From the NCBI RefSeq assembly GCF_009914755.1, contig NC_060940.1: DNA of 64,000 nt; one strand, given 5' to 3'. This DNA is from the human T2T-CHM13v2.0 reference genome, Homo sapiens. The number at the start of each line of letters is the position of its first letter. Positions within the stretch are counted from its first letter, which is position 1. The position numbers and the translations under genes were made by a program. The notes beneath the pieces were generated by a model, which saw only the letters and a program-made list of their open reading frames with translations, had not been told where the DNA came from and made no database searches. Shown piece after piece: positions 25,621-37,862 of the stretch.

Positions 25621-26904
25621 GGTTTGTTAGGTGCTATATCAATACACTTTTAGACTGTTTTAAAAATAATTCTAAATTTTTATTTGTTTTGCATGTACCT
25701 CATAGCTTACAAACCACTTTCAGATATTAACGTTCCTATTTTAAAGACAGAAAAAAAGTAAAGACAGCTCCAATCAGTATGCAGAAATACACTTCCAAAG
25801 AAGTAAACAGAAGGGGAAGGAAGCACTTAATTTCAGCTACTCTTCTCTCCAAAACACACCCCACAGTTACCTAGGAAGGCAGGAAAGAGTTAGTGTGTAA
25901 AGGTGCCATAGCCTAGGCTTTTCCATGTTAATGTCCAGCTAATATGGGGTGACTTCAACCATGTGCTGGATGAAAGACAGACAAGGAGGAGGAAGGGGAT
26001 GAGACAAGCAGGAATGGGCTCTTGGGCCAGACTCTCTGCCCAGGCCCAGCGCTTGACAGGTACCCTGGCAGCCAGAGATATGACGGTGACAGACACAAGA
26101 CAGTGTGTTATCTCATTCTCTGATTCCATCCACTCAAAGTTAATATAAAACCACCTCACTTAGACATATTATACTTCTCCATGGAAAGGAAAAGCTTCCA
26201 TTTGAATATAGTCATGGCTGCAAAATCTCTCTTTTTTCAGCTTCATCGACTATCAGGATATTCAAGTCCTGGAGTTGCAATGGAATCCCTGTGGGGAAAG
26301 CTCAATTAACTCACTACAGAATGCACACAGAACAAGATGGAGGGAAAAGAGCATGAGAAGGGGGAAAAAAGACATTTCTTTTGAATAATAAAGCTCCAGA
26401 TTTAAAATTAGACTGTACAATAACAGCCTTAATTCCTGGAAACCCAGATGGGGAATTAAATACATAATATATTGAGAGGAATTTGCTTTCACAGACCTTG
26501 AGGATGTAATACGTCTTTTGGCACTTCACACATCCTTGGTGGGTATTTCTGCTGAGTGGAGGAGGCTGTTAACCACCTTTTCATGGAAAACATACCTCCA
26601 TCTCGAGTCAGAGGTTAAGTTATTCTCTAGCCAAAAGAAGCAATCCATAATGTTTCATTATGGAGCAGGTCTCACAATGAATAGCAGTTGGCAGAGATGG
26701 ATAACTTAATATGACTCTATTCGGCAGCACTGTAAATGTATCTGTCATCTCCAAGACTGGTTGAAGTGGTCAGACGCCACTTGAGGTCCCAAGCAAAATT
26801 CTGGTTGTTTCAGGGGAGGAGCATGGCTGCTGAATGTTCACCTTAATAACAACCACAGCATGAAACATCCCTCAAGCATGTATTTAAGCATCTACTATGT
26901 GTCA

Positions 26905-27090
26905 AGCTACTGAGTAAAAATCTTGGCTTTAACTACTTGCAAACTCTGTAATCTTAGGTGGATAACCACCTCTAGTTCGGTTTTTTCATTTATCAAAATG
27001 GGATCAATAATAATATCTGCCTTACAGGGCTGTTGTGCAAAGCTCTTGAGGTAATGACAGGTGTACAGTAAATGCCTAATAAGGGTTAGT
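26905..27090 (+). mobile_element. MIR
   Basis: ggttttttcatttatcaaaatgggatcaataataatatctgccttacagggctgttgtg. Confidence 0.72.
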
Positions 27091-27111
27091 TGTTACCTTA
27101 ACCATCTCAAC

Positions 27112-27251
27112 CAGGGCACAGACTACTGGGAGGCAGGGGGCCTTGCAGGATACAGTGTTTAAGGGGCACTCACTTTCAGGGTCATGCATGCGTGCTTCTC
27201 TAAATGTGACACTGCAGAAACCTCACTGGTGTTACTCCAGCACCCGCCTGG
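27112..27251. mobile_element. MER96-like hAT MITE inserted in a MIR
   Basis: cagggc...tttaaggggcactcactttcagggtcatgca...gcctgg. 8-bp TSD ATCTCAAC (27104-27111) / ATCTCAGC (27252-27259), the hAT signature length. Confidence 0.65.
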
Positions 27252-28207
27252 ATCTCAGCTTTACAGATGTGGAAAGAGAAGCCCAGAGAAAGTGAAGTAA
27301 CTTACTAAAATCCACCCAGTAGACTATATGCAGAACCTGGATTCACATCCTATCTGTCCCCTACCAGTGGTCATTCTATCATTTGACCATATCACACTGC
27401 CTGAAAAGTGAGGTTTCTGGAAATGAAATTTCAACTTCCAAATTCTGGTACTCCATGTCAGGATCCTGAGCAAAACAAAGCAAAACTATCAGATCACGTA
27501 GACTTGACACCTGAAGAGACGGTTTATCTGCTGGGACCAAGAGAGTAGAGAATAGCACCCCAACATTAAGAGGCCCCTGCCGAGTCTCTTTCAAGGCCCA
27601 ATTTAGGTGCTAAATAATGCAAAACTGCTTACCCTTGGAAAGTGGCTGGAGTAATGAGAACTGCATTTCACTGGTCAATAGAAAAAAAAAAAGAAGCGAT
27701 ACATGATTCTCTGGCAAAACCTTCCTTATCAGCTCTGTTGGGGGAAGGAAAAAAAACAAGGCAAATAAATGACAAAAGCAGAGGGAGCATCAATCATGCC
27801 ATAGTTGGTCTGCCAGTTCCAGCTGCAGGCGTGCAACTCACAGGCCAACCTTTGGCTCAGAGAGGCTGGGCTCACCCCAGCTCCAGGCAGGAGACAGAGG
27901 TGTGAGCCTGGTTGGAAACCAGAGCCTCTCCTCCTCTTTGCAGCTCCGCTCCGCCACTTGCTTTCTCTGTGACTTTGGTGAAAGTAGCTAAATGCCTCTG
28001 AGTTCCCTAGCCATTTCACAGATCATCACAGCATTCTTTCTCAGCTCCAAAGGCTTGGATCCCCACAAACACAGTAGCAAAAAGAATATTCTGAAATCTC
28101 ATCTTCTCTCACTTCATCCCTCTATCATTTGGAAAACTTTCTAGATCCTTCATATGTGACATCTTGCCATTGTTGTTTTTTGTGGTTGTTCAGTAAAAAG
28201 CAAAAAA

Positions 28208-28240
<33 letters not shown>

Positions 28241-28457
28241 CAATAAATAGGCAAAATTTGCATAGCTATAATGAGAAATTTTATCCTTTCAACATAATTC
28301 TGAGTGCTTTGATTAGCATCAGCAAACCTATATAGGATGTCCACTTGTTCTTCAAAGCTTTGTAGCAGGCAGCATCATTTCTCTAATCCTCATAGCCTCT
28401 ATTTTGCAGATGAGGAATTTGAGGTTAGAATGATGCAATGGTTTCATTTGTTCTTTT

Positions 28458-28730
<273 letters not shown>

Positions 28731-28879
28731 CATTTGTTCTTTTATTCATTCATTCCTTCTTCATTCACTCAGCAAACGTAATTGTGGGTCTTCTAGGTGC
28801 CAGACTCCGTGCCAGGGGCCAGAAATTCAGAGATAAATAAAACAGAGTCATGATCCTGACAGAGACAGTGTAGCAAGGT

Positions 28880-29125
28880 CTTTGAGCACTTACATTTTGG
28901 AATCTAACAAAGCTGGGTACAGGCCCCTACTTTAGCTGTTCATAAGCTCTCTGACCTTGGGCAATTTATTTAACCTCTCTCTGAACCTCAGGTTAATTTC
29001 TACAAAATGGGAATAATGATTTCAACTGGTTAGGGAACAAGTGAGGATTAGATGTGCTGATAATGTAAACCACTCAGCACAAGATCTCAAACACAGAAAA
29101 CAGGCAATAAATAGCTGCTTTTATT
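28880..29125 (+). mobile_element. MIR
   Basis: tgaccttgggcaatttatttaacctctctctgaacctcag...aaaatgggaataatg...gtgaggattagatg. Confidence 0.82.
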
Positions 29126-29991
29126 ATAAGCTTCAAGAACATTTTGAGTTGATGGCTGGGCCAAGCATGGCAAATGGCTATTTTTGTTTAATGATTTTTG
29201 TTTCGTCTCACAGAAGGCAGATCTCCCACGTGTTGATGAATTTTGTGGCAGCCAAGAGACGGAGAACAGACTGCCTGCCTGGTTCTCCTTGGAGTGGAAG
29301 CCGGGGGATTTCACAGACCACCCTCCAGCCCAAGGCTTGGCTATGAACCTGAGGAATACTCACCACCTCACATTAAAAAGGTCACTTTCCTTCCTGAATC
29401 AAAGGAAATGCTATATCCTTTGGCAATTCAGCTCAAATAACTTCAGCAACTCCCACAGTGGTTCAGACACCCCACCCGACAGGCAGACGCTTTTCTTCCC
29501 CTCCTAGTGCCAAGCTCCAGGGTTTGCCCAGTCTAGTTAGGGATCCCCAGCTCCAGTCCAAGAAAAGCTGCTCAATCCTGATGAACCAGGCCTTGGGTCA
29601 GATCAGAGCACCTGCCTGGGGCAAGCTGGAAAAGTCATTGTCGGGTAAATCCCAGACATAAGACACCCTGTCACCATGGTGAGGGGGACACTCACCAGAA
29701 GGGGCTGCATCCATCCCCTTGCTGCAGTCTGAGCACTGTCGGCATGCAACTCGGCACAGAAGGTTTTGTCATTTGGACTGTAATAAACCCCACTTCCTGA
29801 AACCCATGCCCTTCCAGGTTCTGCCTCAACCATGCCATCCCTGTGTCTACCCTTGCCCTGTTCAGAGCCCAGAGCACCTGCAGCTGAAGCCATTTGGAGG
29901 AGCCACTGGAGGCCTCAGGTGCCGCTCACATGTGCTAATGAAAAGTGCTCTGGCCACCTTGGAGGACAGGGGGAGCATGTTCCTGCTAAGG

Positions 29992-30170
29992 CAGTAGGGT
30001 TCAAATTTGGCTGCAGGCTAGAATCCTCTGGGAGCTGCCACAGTCCTGATGTCCAGGCCACAGACCAGAGCAGATAAGCTGAAATTTCTGGGGATGGGTG
30101 GGACCTAGGCATCAGTATTCTTTTAAGCTGGCCAAATAATTCCAGCATGCAGCCAAGTTTAAGAACTAGT
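29992..30170. mobile_element. MER5A/MER5A1
   Basis: cagtagggttcaaatttggctgca...gaaatttctggggatggg...ggcatcagtatt...atgcagccaagtttaagaacta; ctaagg on both flanks. Confidence 0.8.
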
Positions 30171-30209
30171 ACCTAAGGAAAGAACACTAGGCAGGGCCTA
30201 CAGACGGTG

Positions 30210-30411
30210 TCCTTCTTACCTCTCTCTCTTTTTCCTTCCATTTCTCTTTTCCTATTTTCTTCTTTCCTTCCTTCCTTCCTTCTCTCCGCCCCTCCCTTCC
30301 TCCCTCCCCCCGACTCCCTTCCTTCCTTCCTTCCTTTGTTCCTTCCTTCCCTCCTTCCTTTTTCCTTCCTCCTTCCTTTTCTTCTGCCCTTCCTCCCCGC
30401 CTCCCTTTCTC
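30210..30411. repeat. Polypyrimidine (TTCC/CCCT)n low-complexity tract
   Basis: About 200 bp almost purely C/T. Confidence 0.9.
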
Positions 30412-30576
30412 ATTAGTTACTGAAACAGCATATTCTGTAGTTAAAGCCCAGAGTTTATAGTCAGACCATTCTCATTTTTGAATTCTGGCTTTGCTGCCAC
30501 TAACTGTATGACCCAAGTCAAGTTACTTCACTTCTCTGAAGTGCATCTTTCTCATTCTATACAATGGGGAAAAATC

Positions 30577-30832
30577 GCCGGGCACTGTGGCTCACACCTG
30601 TAATCTCAGCACTTTCAGAGGTCGAGGCGGGCGGATCACCTGAGGTCAGCAAAACCTCATCTCTAATAAAAATACAAAAATTAGCTGGCCATGGTGGAGT
30701 GCGCTTGTATTCCCACCTACTCGGGAGGCTTGAACCTGGGAGGCGGAGGTTGTAGTGACCCAAGATGGTGCCACTGCACTCCAGCCTGGGTGACAGAGTG
30801 AGACTCCGTCTCAAAAAGAAAAAAAAAAAAAA
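30577..30832 (+). mobile_element. AluS with two internal deletions, inserted in a MIR
   Basis: TSD GGAAAAATC at 30568-30576 and 30833-30841; MIR sequence on both flanks. Confidence 0.9.
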
Positions 30833-31307
30833 GGAAAAATCTTTAGGAATTGCTACAGAGAATACTTGTGAGGATTAAATATCACAGATAAATTGCTTAG
30901 CATAGTGCCTAGCAATTAGTATGTGCTCAATAAATGTGCACTCTTTTCCTTCTAGTTATTATTGTAATTATTTGCTAAGAGCTATTCTAGATGCTGGGAA
31001 GACAAAAGGAACAATGCGGGCATGATGTGTGTTCTCACATAGCTAACTCTCTTCCCATTCAATCCCTAGGTGGGGAATGGCCCTAATTTGCTTTGCCGGG
31101 ACAGGGAGGACAGAGATTTCTCTCAATAGAAATAGTGATTATGTATTGAGCATGTCCCATGTGCTGGGCACAGTTCAATCATGCCATAGACATTTGGGGG
31201 CACCTAATAGAGAAGTACAGTACTGGACATGATTCCATCACAGGCTTCCTACCCCAGAGAGGATGGTATTGATAATTACATTTTGCAGGTGAAGAATCTA
31301 AGCCTCA

Positions 31308-31405
31308 AGGGTTTGAGGTTGCAGTAAGCTGTGATCATGCCACTGCACTCTAGCCTGGGCGACAGAGTGAGAGATGGTATCTCAAAAAAAAAAAAAAAAA
31401 AAAAA
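31308..31405 (+). mobile_element. Alu 3' fragment with poly-A
   Basis: gaggttgcagtaagctgtgatcatgccactgcactctagcctgggcgacagagtgaga, then A22. Confidence 0.88.
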
Positions 31406-31717
31406 GGCCTGGCATGATGGCTCACACCTGTAATATCAGCACTGTGGGAATCTGAGACAGGAGGATTGGTTAAGGCCAGGAGTTCAGGACACCCTGGGAA
31501 ACATGGCAAGACCCTATCTCTACAAAGGTTTTAAAAAATTAAAAATAAAGAAGCCAGGTGTGGTGGTATGAATCTGTAGTCCCAGCTATTTGGGAGGCTG
31601 AGATGGAAGCATTGCTTAATTCCAGGGGTTCAAGGTTGCAGGGAGCTATGGTTTTGCTACTGCACTCCAGCACTCCAGCTTAGACAACAGAGTGAGATCT
31701 CATTTCTAAAAAAAAAA
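31406..31717 (+). mobile_element. AluJ directly following the Alu fragment
   Basis: ggcctggcatgatggctcacacctgtaat...ggaggattggttaaggccaggagttc; A tail. Confidence 0.9.
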
Positions 31718-32689
31718 AAGAATCTGAGGCTCAGAGCCATTAAATATTTCATCCAGGGTCACACAGGCAGATGCAAAGCCAAGCTTTTAAGCACCACACT
31801 GCTGTTCTTCTTGCAAGGATGTCGGGAGTACCTGGGAGGGAATTCTGAGGTCCAGCTAGAACCAAGAGAACAAAGCAATTCCTGCAAACTGGAGGATTTT
31901 GCAGGAAAAGCACACAACCAAACTGGGGTGAGGGGTCTGGAGCAGATCAGGATAAGCATGATGACTGAGGGTAAAGTGGGGGGTCTGGGTGAATTCAGGA
32001 GTGGGGTAATAGAGGAAAACTACACAGTGGTGAGTGGGTAGTGAGTCTATTTAAAGGTTCCAGAGCAGAATAGAATGTTCCCATTTTATAGAAATCCTGG
32101 CCAAGTCTAATGATGTTGGCGTGCCTCAGTTTCCCTAACTGTAGCTATATCACCAGTACAGGTTGACGTAAAATTAAATAGCAAACTATGTGTGCTGAGC
32201 AAACATCTTGAAATATGATTTAAATGACTTATGTCAAATAGGACTTGCTTTCACAATATGGCTTTATTATCCCTAGTTGGAAGAACAATAAGCTGTTGGT
32301 GAAAAAAATCACTTAGGCAGCATGATGGAGGCTTAAGCCAGGCCTGGCTTGGACAGGAAAGTTGAGTATCCTACTTTTAGGCTTGTGGAATCTAGGTTTA
32401 ATTCAAATCCTGGTTTAAATCAAGGCCCTGCTATTTACAAGGGTGTAATCTTTCTAGGCCTCAGTTTCTTCATCTGTAAAATGGAGCTAACAAAGCAGCT
32501 TTCACACAGATTGTAAGTACAGACAAAATGTTACTACGCCTGTTAAACACTGATTATGGTACTTCACATACATAAAGCATTCAAAACGTGCTAGCTATCC
32601 TGATTGGTAAGACAGCCATCACGTTCTCAGGAACTGCTCCCTCTCAGCCCTGGCCTTGGCTGCTTTTAGGTTCTCTGCTAAAGCCAAGT

Positions 32690-32970
32690 TTATTTTTGCT
32701 CTTCTGCCAGAGCTGGTTATGTATTATTTGTTTTGTATGGTATTTGTTTTCCAATATTTTTACTAAGTAGGACAGTTCTATCAATGAGGTCTGCTGCTTT
32801 ATTGGTTGCTAATTGCTGGGGCATAATTGTTGCAACATTACTTGGTGTTCCTATAATTCTCTACAGCCAATCAAGGTAGCCAGTTCTCTAATTATAGCAC
32901 AGTGAATTCTCAGTCACCAGCATCCAAACACTTACAGTGTTCAGTTTATAAGAACTCTTTCCAGCACTTT
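32690..32970. promoter_or_regulatory. Candidate enhancer/promoter-like block
   Basis: TATTTGTTT x2, TTTATTGG 32798-32805, palindrome TGTTGCAACA 32828-32837, AGCCAATCA 32865-32873 in unique sequence. Confidence 0.3.
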
Positions 32971-33068
32971 TACAAGAAAGGCTTAACTGGCAAAAGAAAG
33001 AAAGTCAGGTTCAGAAGTGTTTTTAAACCAATTTTATAATTACATATGATGTATAAAATAAACATTTT

Positions 33069-33400
33069 GGCCAGGTGCAGTGGCTCACATCTGTAATTCC
33101 AGCACTTTCAGAGTCCGAGGTGGGAGGATCACTTGAGATGAGGAGTTTGAGACTAGCCTGGGCAACATAGGGAGACGCCATCTCTATAAAAAATAAAATA
33201 AATAAATAAAAACTTGCCAGGGGACATGGCGTGAACCTGTAGTCCCAGGTATTTGAGACACTGAAGTGAGAAGATCTTTTGATTCCAGGAGTTCAAGGTT
33301 GTGGTGAGCTATGATTTCATTATTGCATACTAGCTTGGGTGACAGAGCAAGGCCCTGTCACAAAAATAAATAAATACATAAATAAATAAATACATAAATA
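33069..33400 (+). mobile_element. AluJ with (TAAA/TACA)n tail
   Basis: Dimeric Alu; degenerate TSD aaataaacatttt / aaataaatatttt. Confidence 0.92.
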
Positions 33401-33819
33401 AATATTTTATAATTATAGCAATAAGTATATTTTCTGAAGGTAACATCTAAAAACCATCTAAGATTTTACTTGATTTCTATCTGGACAATGAGTGTTGGTG
33501 ATTATAATGATCATAATTCTGAGGCTCATATAGACCCATGGGGCCTTTGCAATATAATCAGAAATTGAACTGTCCTCAACCAAATTTTTCTAGAACTGAA
33601 AACATTTTGTTGTGTTTAAATGTTTTCTGGAACGTGGAGCCCATCTATGTCTTCCCCATAAGTCAAGGAATCAAAATATTCAATCCACTAGAATCACTAA
33701 AGATAAAGTTGGCCTTGAAAGCACTTTGTATACTGCAGAATAAAAAGCTAATTTATTATCAGTAATAAATCTGTGATTTTAATCTGATAGTATCATTTCT
33801 CTGCTTCTATTTTTTTTTT

Positions 33820-34350
33820 AGAGCAAAATTCAAAGTTTTAACATGACCTCCAAGGCACTACTTGTTCTGGCCCTACCAATCTCCAGCTTCACCTCTTCCC
33901 ACCTTCCCCACCCTCTCGCCATGTGGCAGCCCCCCTGGCTTTCTTTTTGTTCCTTTAACAGTCATGATTCTTCTCAACTCTGAAACTCCTCCCTTACTGC
34001 CCTCTGTGACTGCTGCTCCTCCTACAGCCCTTCTGATGGCTCATTTCTTTCCAACCATAAGTCTCAACTCCAGTGCTGTATCCACAGGGAAGTCATCCAG
34101 AATGACAAAAGGCCATCCTCCAACTGCCAAATTTTTCTGCTTGTATCCTGAATAACCATAATCACAACCTGGTGTTATTAATTAATTAACTTTTCACTCT
34201 CTCTTCAGAATTCAAGTTCTGTAAGGAAAAGGGTCTTGTACATCATTGTGAACCCAACGCCTCTAACCAAATGGACCATAATAAGTGCTCAATGAACAGC
34301 TGTTTAACAAAGTACATGAATGAATGAATAAATTAATGAATGAATGGATA
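33820..34350 (+). mobile_element. L2 3' region
   Basis: Ends aagtgctcaatgaacagctgttt...tgaatgaatgaataaattaatgaatgaatgga. Confidence 0.8.
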
Positions 34351-34676
34351 TACATTTATGCCCCTTTATTTCAATTTTTTCCAATCTGCTTTTGCTTTAT
34401 GCAAGATACATAACTGGATTTATCCACAACTGCTCTATCCTGTATCATTACAATCTTTCTATTATTATCGTTGCCAATAGTACTTAGTCATCTGCATTTA
34501 TGGAACATGCACAGTTGTGTGGGGCCCTGCTTCAAATGCTACAAAGAAGAATGAAGATCAAAATCCATCACTGTTGCTGTCACAGAGCCTCCAGTCTAAC
34601 TGGCAACAGAATAAATGGATTTGGCCGAGATACGGGCAGAGATATGGAAGCTCATGGGAGAGATTCTGTTTCTCCC

Positions 34677-35068
34677 TGTTATAGGCTGAATTGTATCTCC
34701 ATGGCAAGACTCATATGTTGATGTCCTAACCCCCAGTAGCTTAGAACATGACTGTATTTGGAGATAGGGCATTTACAGAGGTAATTATAATTCAATGAGG
34801 TCATTGGAACAGGCTCTAATCCAATATTATTTGTATACTTATAAGAAAAGGAGATTAAGACATAGAAAAACACAGAGCAATGATGATGTGAAGACACAGC
34901 AATAAGGCAGCCATCTACAAGCCAGTCAGAGAGGCCATAGAAGAAACTAACCTTTCCGATGCCTTGATCTCAGACTTGTGGCCTCCAGACTGCAAGAAAA
35001 TAAACTTCTGTTGCTTAAGCCACTCAGTCTATGGTATTTTGTTATGGCAACCCTAGCAGACTAATATA
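34677..35068 (+). mobile_element. MLT1B-type solo LTR, apparently nested in an older MLT1J-like LTR that continues to ~35215
   Basis: tgttataggctgaattgt...gactgtatttggagataggg...ttaagccactcagtctatggtattttgttatggcaaccctagcagactaata. Confidence 0.88.
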
Positions 35069-36189
35069 CTTCTCAATATCCATTTTCCCTTACTTGCCTA
35101 GGGATAGAACCTTGGTTTTGCTGGGCACCTGGCCACCTTGCTAAGAAGTGCATTTCCTAGCCTCCTTTGGAGACAGAGATGGCCATATGACTAATGAGTT
35201 GTGAACAAAAAGTATTAGACGACCATTGCTGCTCCTCCAAACTCTCACACTTTAGATCCCAATTCTAACTCACATGCTCAGGGAGGCTATTGGTTGAGAT
35301 GTGCAGGAAGGGAAGGAGACATGAAGAAGTAAAAGTAATGGCAGATTCTCCTGGGCAACAGTCAATACAAAGGCCCCTGCTACCCAAAGCTCTTCTCTCC
35401 CACAATTCCTACTTGAATTGCATTGCATTGCTATGCTGGCCTGCTGGAAAATCCATCAAATCACATCTTCAAAAAAAAAAAAGTCCTATAGACCCCTCTA
35501 GCAGAGCCAAGAAACATCAGCCACTTATACATTAGTGTTTCTGAATCCTTGATGAGGCAGGTGCCTTGAGGAAATGGGAGGCATTATTGTGGGCCAGGCA
35601 GGTGTGTGGCAGGTTCTCTAGTGAGGGATTTTGACTATGAATGAGTCTTCAAAAATGGGAGAAGCGCACGGTAAAAAAAAAAAAAAAAGGCAGGAAGAAG
35701 TCAAAGGCAAACTTAACTTATTTCAAAATTTCCCTTGGGAATTAGTCTTGTATCTAGCATGAAGAGCAAAAACTCTCCCTCTTGCCTCGCTGGGGTCTTT
35801 GCTCCCAGAATGGAAATGCCAGACCTGTACAATGGATGCTACCTTTTGGCTACATCACAAATTAAACTGGTTTTGAGGGGCCTTTGTGAAAACCTCCTAC
35901 CTACTATTTTTTACATGATCCTTGTGGATCAAAAGAAATGCACTCTGAATTCCCAAGAATAAAACAAAAAGTTAACTTTTGGGACAATTTACTTGATAAG
36001 TACAGGGTCCCCAGCAATTGTACCAATCAAATAGCAGGGAATAAGCCCAAGCCACCAAAAAGGGCACCAATAGCGAGATCTACTGAAAAACAAAATTATA
36101 CCTGTGTCATGGATGTGGATTTCAACCATTCTACAGTATTTTTGAATTTAGTATGATTGCTTAGTTTTTTGCTTTGTTTTGAAATTTTA

Positions 36190-36700
36190 GTGTTTTTTTT
36201 GTCAAACTTTTTATGGGGAAATATAATGTACCCACTGAAAATTAAACAAAAAAAAAGTCCTGTGCATTTTTGCAAGTGGAAAATTATGTCTTCAGCATCC
36301 CAGATGCCCTTGCTCAGTGCCTCTCAAACAGTGGCAGAAGTGGTTCCCTTCTGCCACTTTTTCTGGTCAACCACAAAGCTTAGCCACTTTTCTGACTTTT
36401 ATAGTTTCACTCTTTCACTTTCCTTTATGGTTTTTCCATAGCCTGAGCATGAATCCTTAAACATTATGGGTGAATTTTTTGCTTTTAAACAAATTATTGA
36501 ATCCATAGAATCGTACAGTATGTGCTTTTTGGTGCCTGGTTTTGTTCATTGAACACGATGTTTTTGAGATCGCTTTATGTTGTGTAGCTGTCATTTCATT
36601 CATTTTCACTGCTATCTTGTATTCAGTTGCATGAATATATTCCAGTTTGTTTTGTATTCCTATTGATAGACTTTTGGGGTTGGCTCCTATCTCTTAATTT
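36190..36700 (-). mobile_element. Old L1M fragment
   Basis: atgtttttgagatc...ttcattcattttcactgct...catgaatatattccagtttg. Confidence 0.65.
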
Positions 36701-37279
36701 TTAAAGCACCTTTAGATTAACGGGCAGAGGTAACAGGCAACCTCACCTAGAAGGTGGTTCTTATCAATGGGGCTTCCTTCTTCCTCTTCTACCCTCTCTA
36801 CATCAGCAGTTCCTAATCCTATTCCACCCATCACCGGCTAAGCACAAAGCTCTGCATCCTGCTTCCTGAAATGTCCATCAGGCTTAGATGCCTCAGGAGC
36901 CAAAAGCCTCTTTGATCACACTTTTGGACCATTTATTTGTTCATTCATTCAACAAATAATTGCTGATTGCCAACTGTATGTCAGATTGTTCTAGGTTTCA
37001 GGGTCCTGCTCACGTGGTCCTCAAATTCTAGCAAACAGTTTGACGTCAACCTGCACTTTCCTTAAGACCAGAACACATGGGAAATGGAAAAGGTAAGAAG
37101 AATTTTCTCTGGGAATTTCCATGTTAATCAGTAGGAAGTGGTGACTAGGCTTCACTCCCCAGGCATTTTTAGCATCTTCTGGAAACTCTGATCTTTGAAG
37201 TCTTAACATCACCTGTCAAAGCAATTTGTAAGTTCATTCGATGAGCTTTTTGGAATATTTTGATTTTACGATAACATCT

Positions 37280-37862
37280 CAAAACCTCTGCATGAAGCAT
37301 TATTTATAATAGCCCCAAACTGGAAGTAATCCAAATGTTCATCAACAGATGAATAAAAAACAAAAGGTGATATATTCATACCATGGAATATTATTCTGTA
37401 ATCCACAGGAATGGGCAACGGATCCATGCAATAACTTGAATTAATGTCAAAAACAAACTCAGTGAAAGAAGCCAGATACAAATGAAGACTATACATTGTA
37501 TGATTGCAACTATATAAAAAGTCCAGAACAGGCAAATTTACAGAGACAGAAAGCAGGTCAGTTGTTCCCTAGGACTAGGGGTGGGGATGGGGAGTCACTA
37601 CAAGTGAGCATAAACACTGGAGAGATCAGTAACTCAAGCTAGAATGGCTATATTGGTGAGAGATTTTGAAGTCTAGGACCTAGAGCCTCCGATACGCAGG
37701 AGAACAGAACATAAGGGAGTTAGGGCAATGCTCTAAAATGGGATTGTGATGATGCCTGCACAACTCTGAAAATTTACAAAAAGTTATTGAATTCTATATT
37801 TACAATGGGTGAACTTTATGGTATGGAAAGTGTGCCTCAGTAAAGTCAATAAAACAGTTTTT
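37280..37862 (+). mobile_element. L1MB/ME 3' end carrying a ~90-bp foreign insert
   Basis: atagccccaaactggaag...gtgaaagaagccagatacaaa...tccagaacaggcaaat...gcacaactctg...atgggtgaactttatggtatg. Confidence 0.85.

Noticed and set aside
28195-28243. Poly-A/(GAAAA)n run flanked by AAAAGCAA as a tail-only retroinsertion
   Set aside because: The flank match is low-complexity; simple slippage explains it equally well
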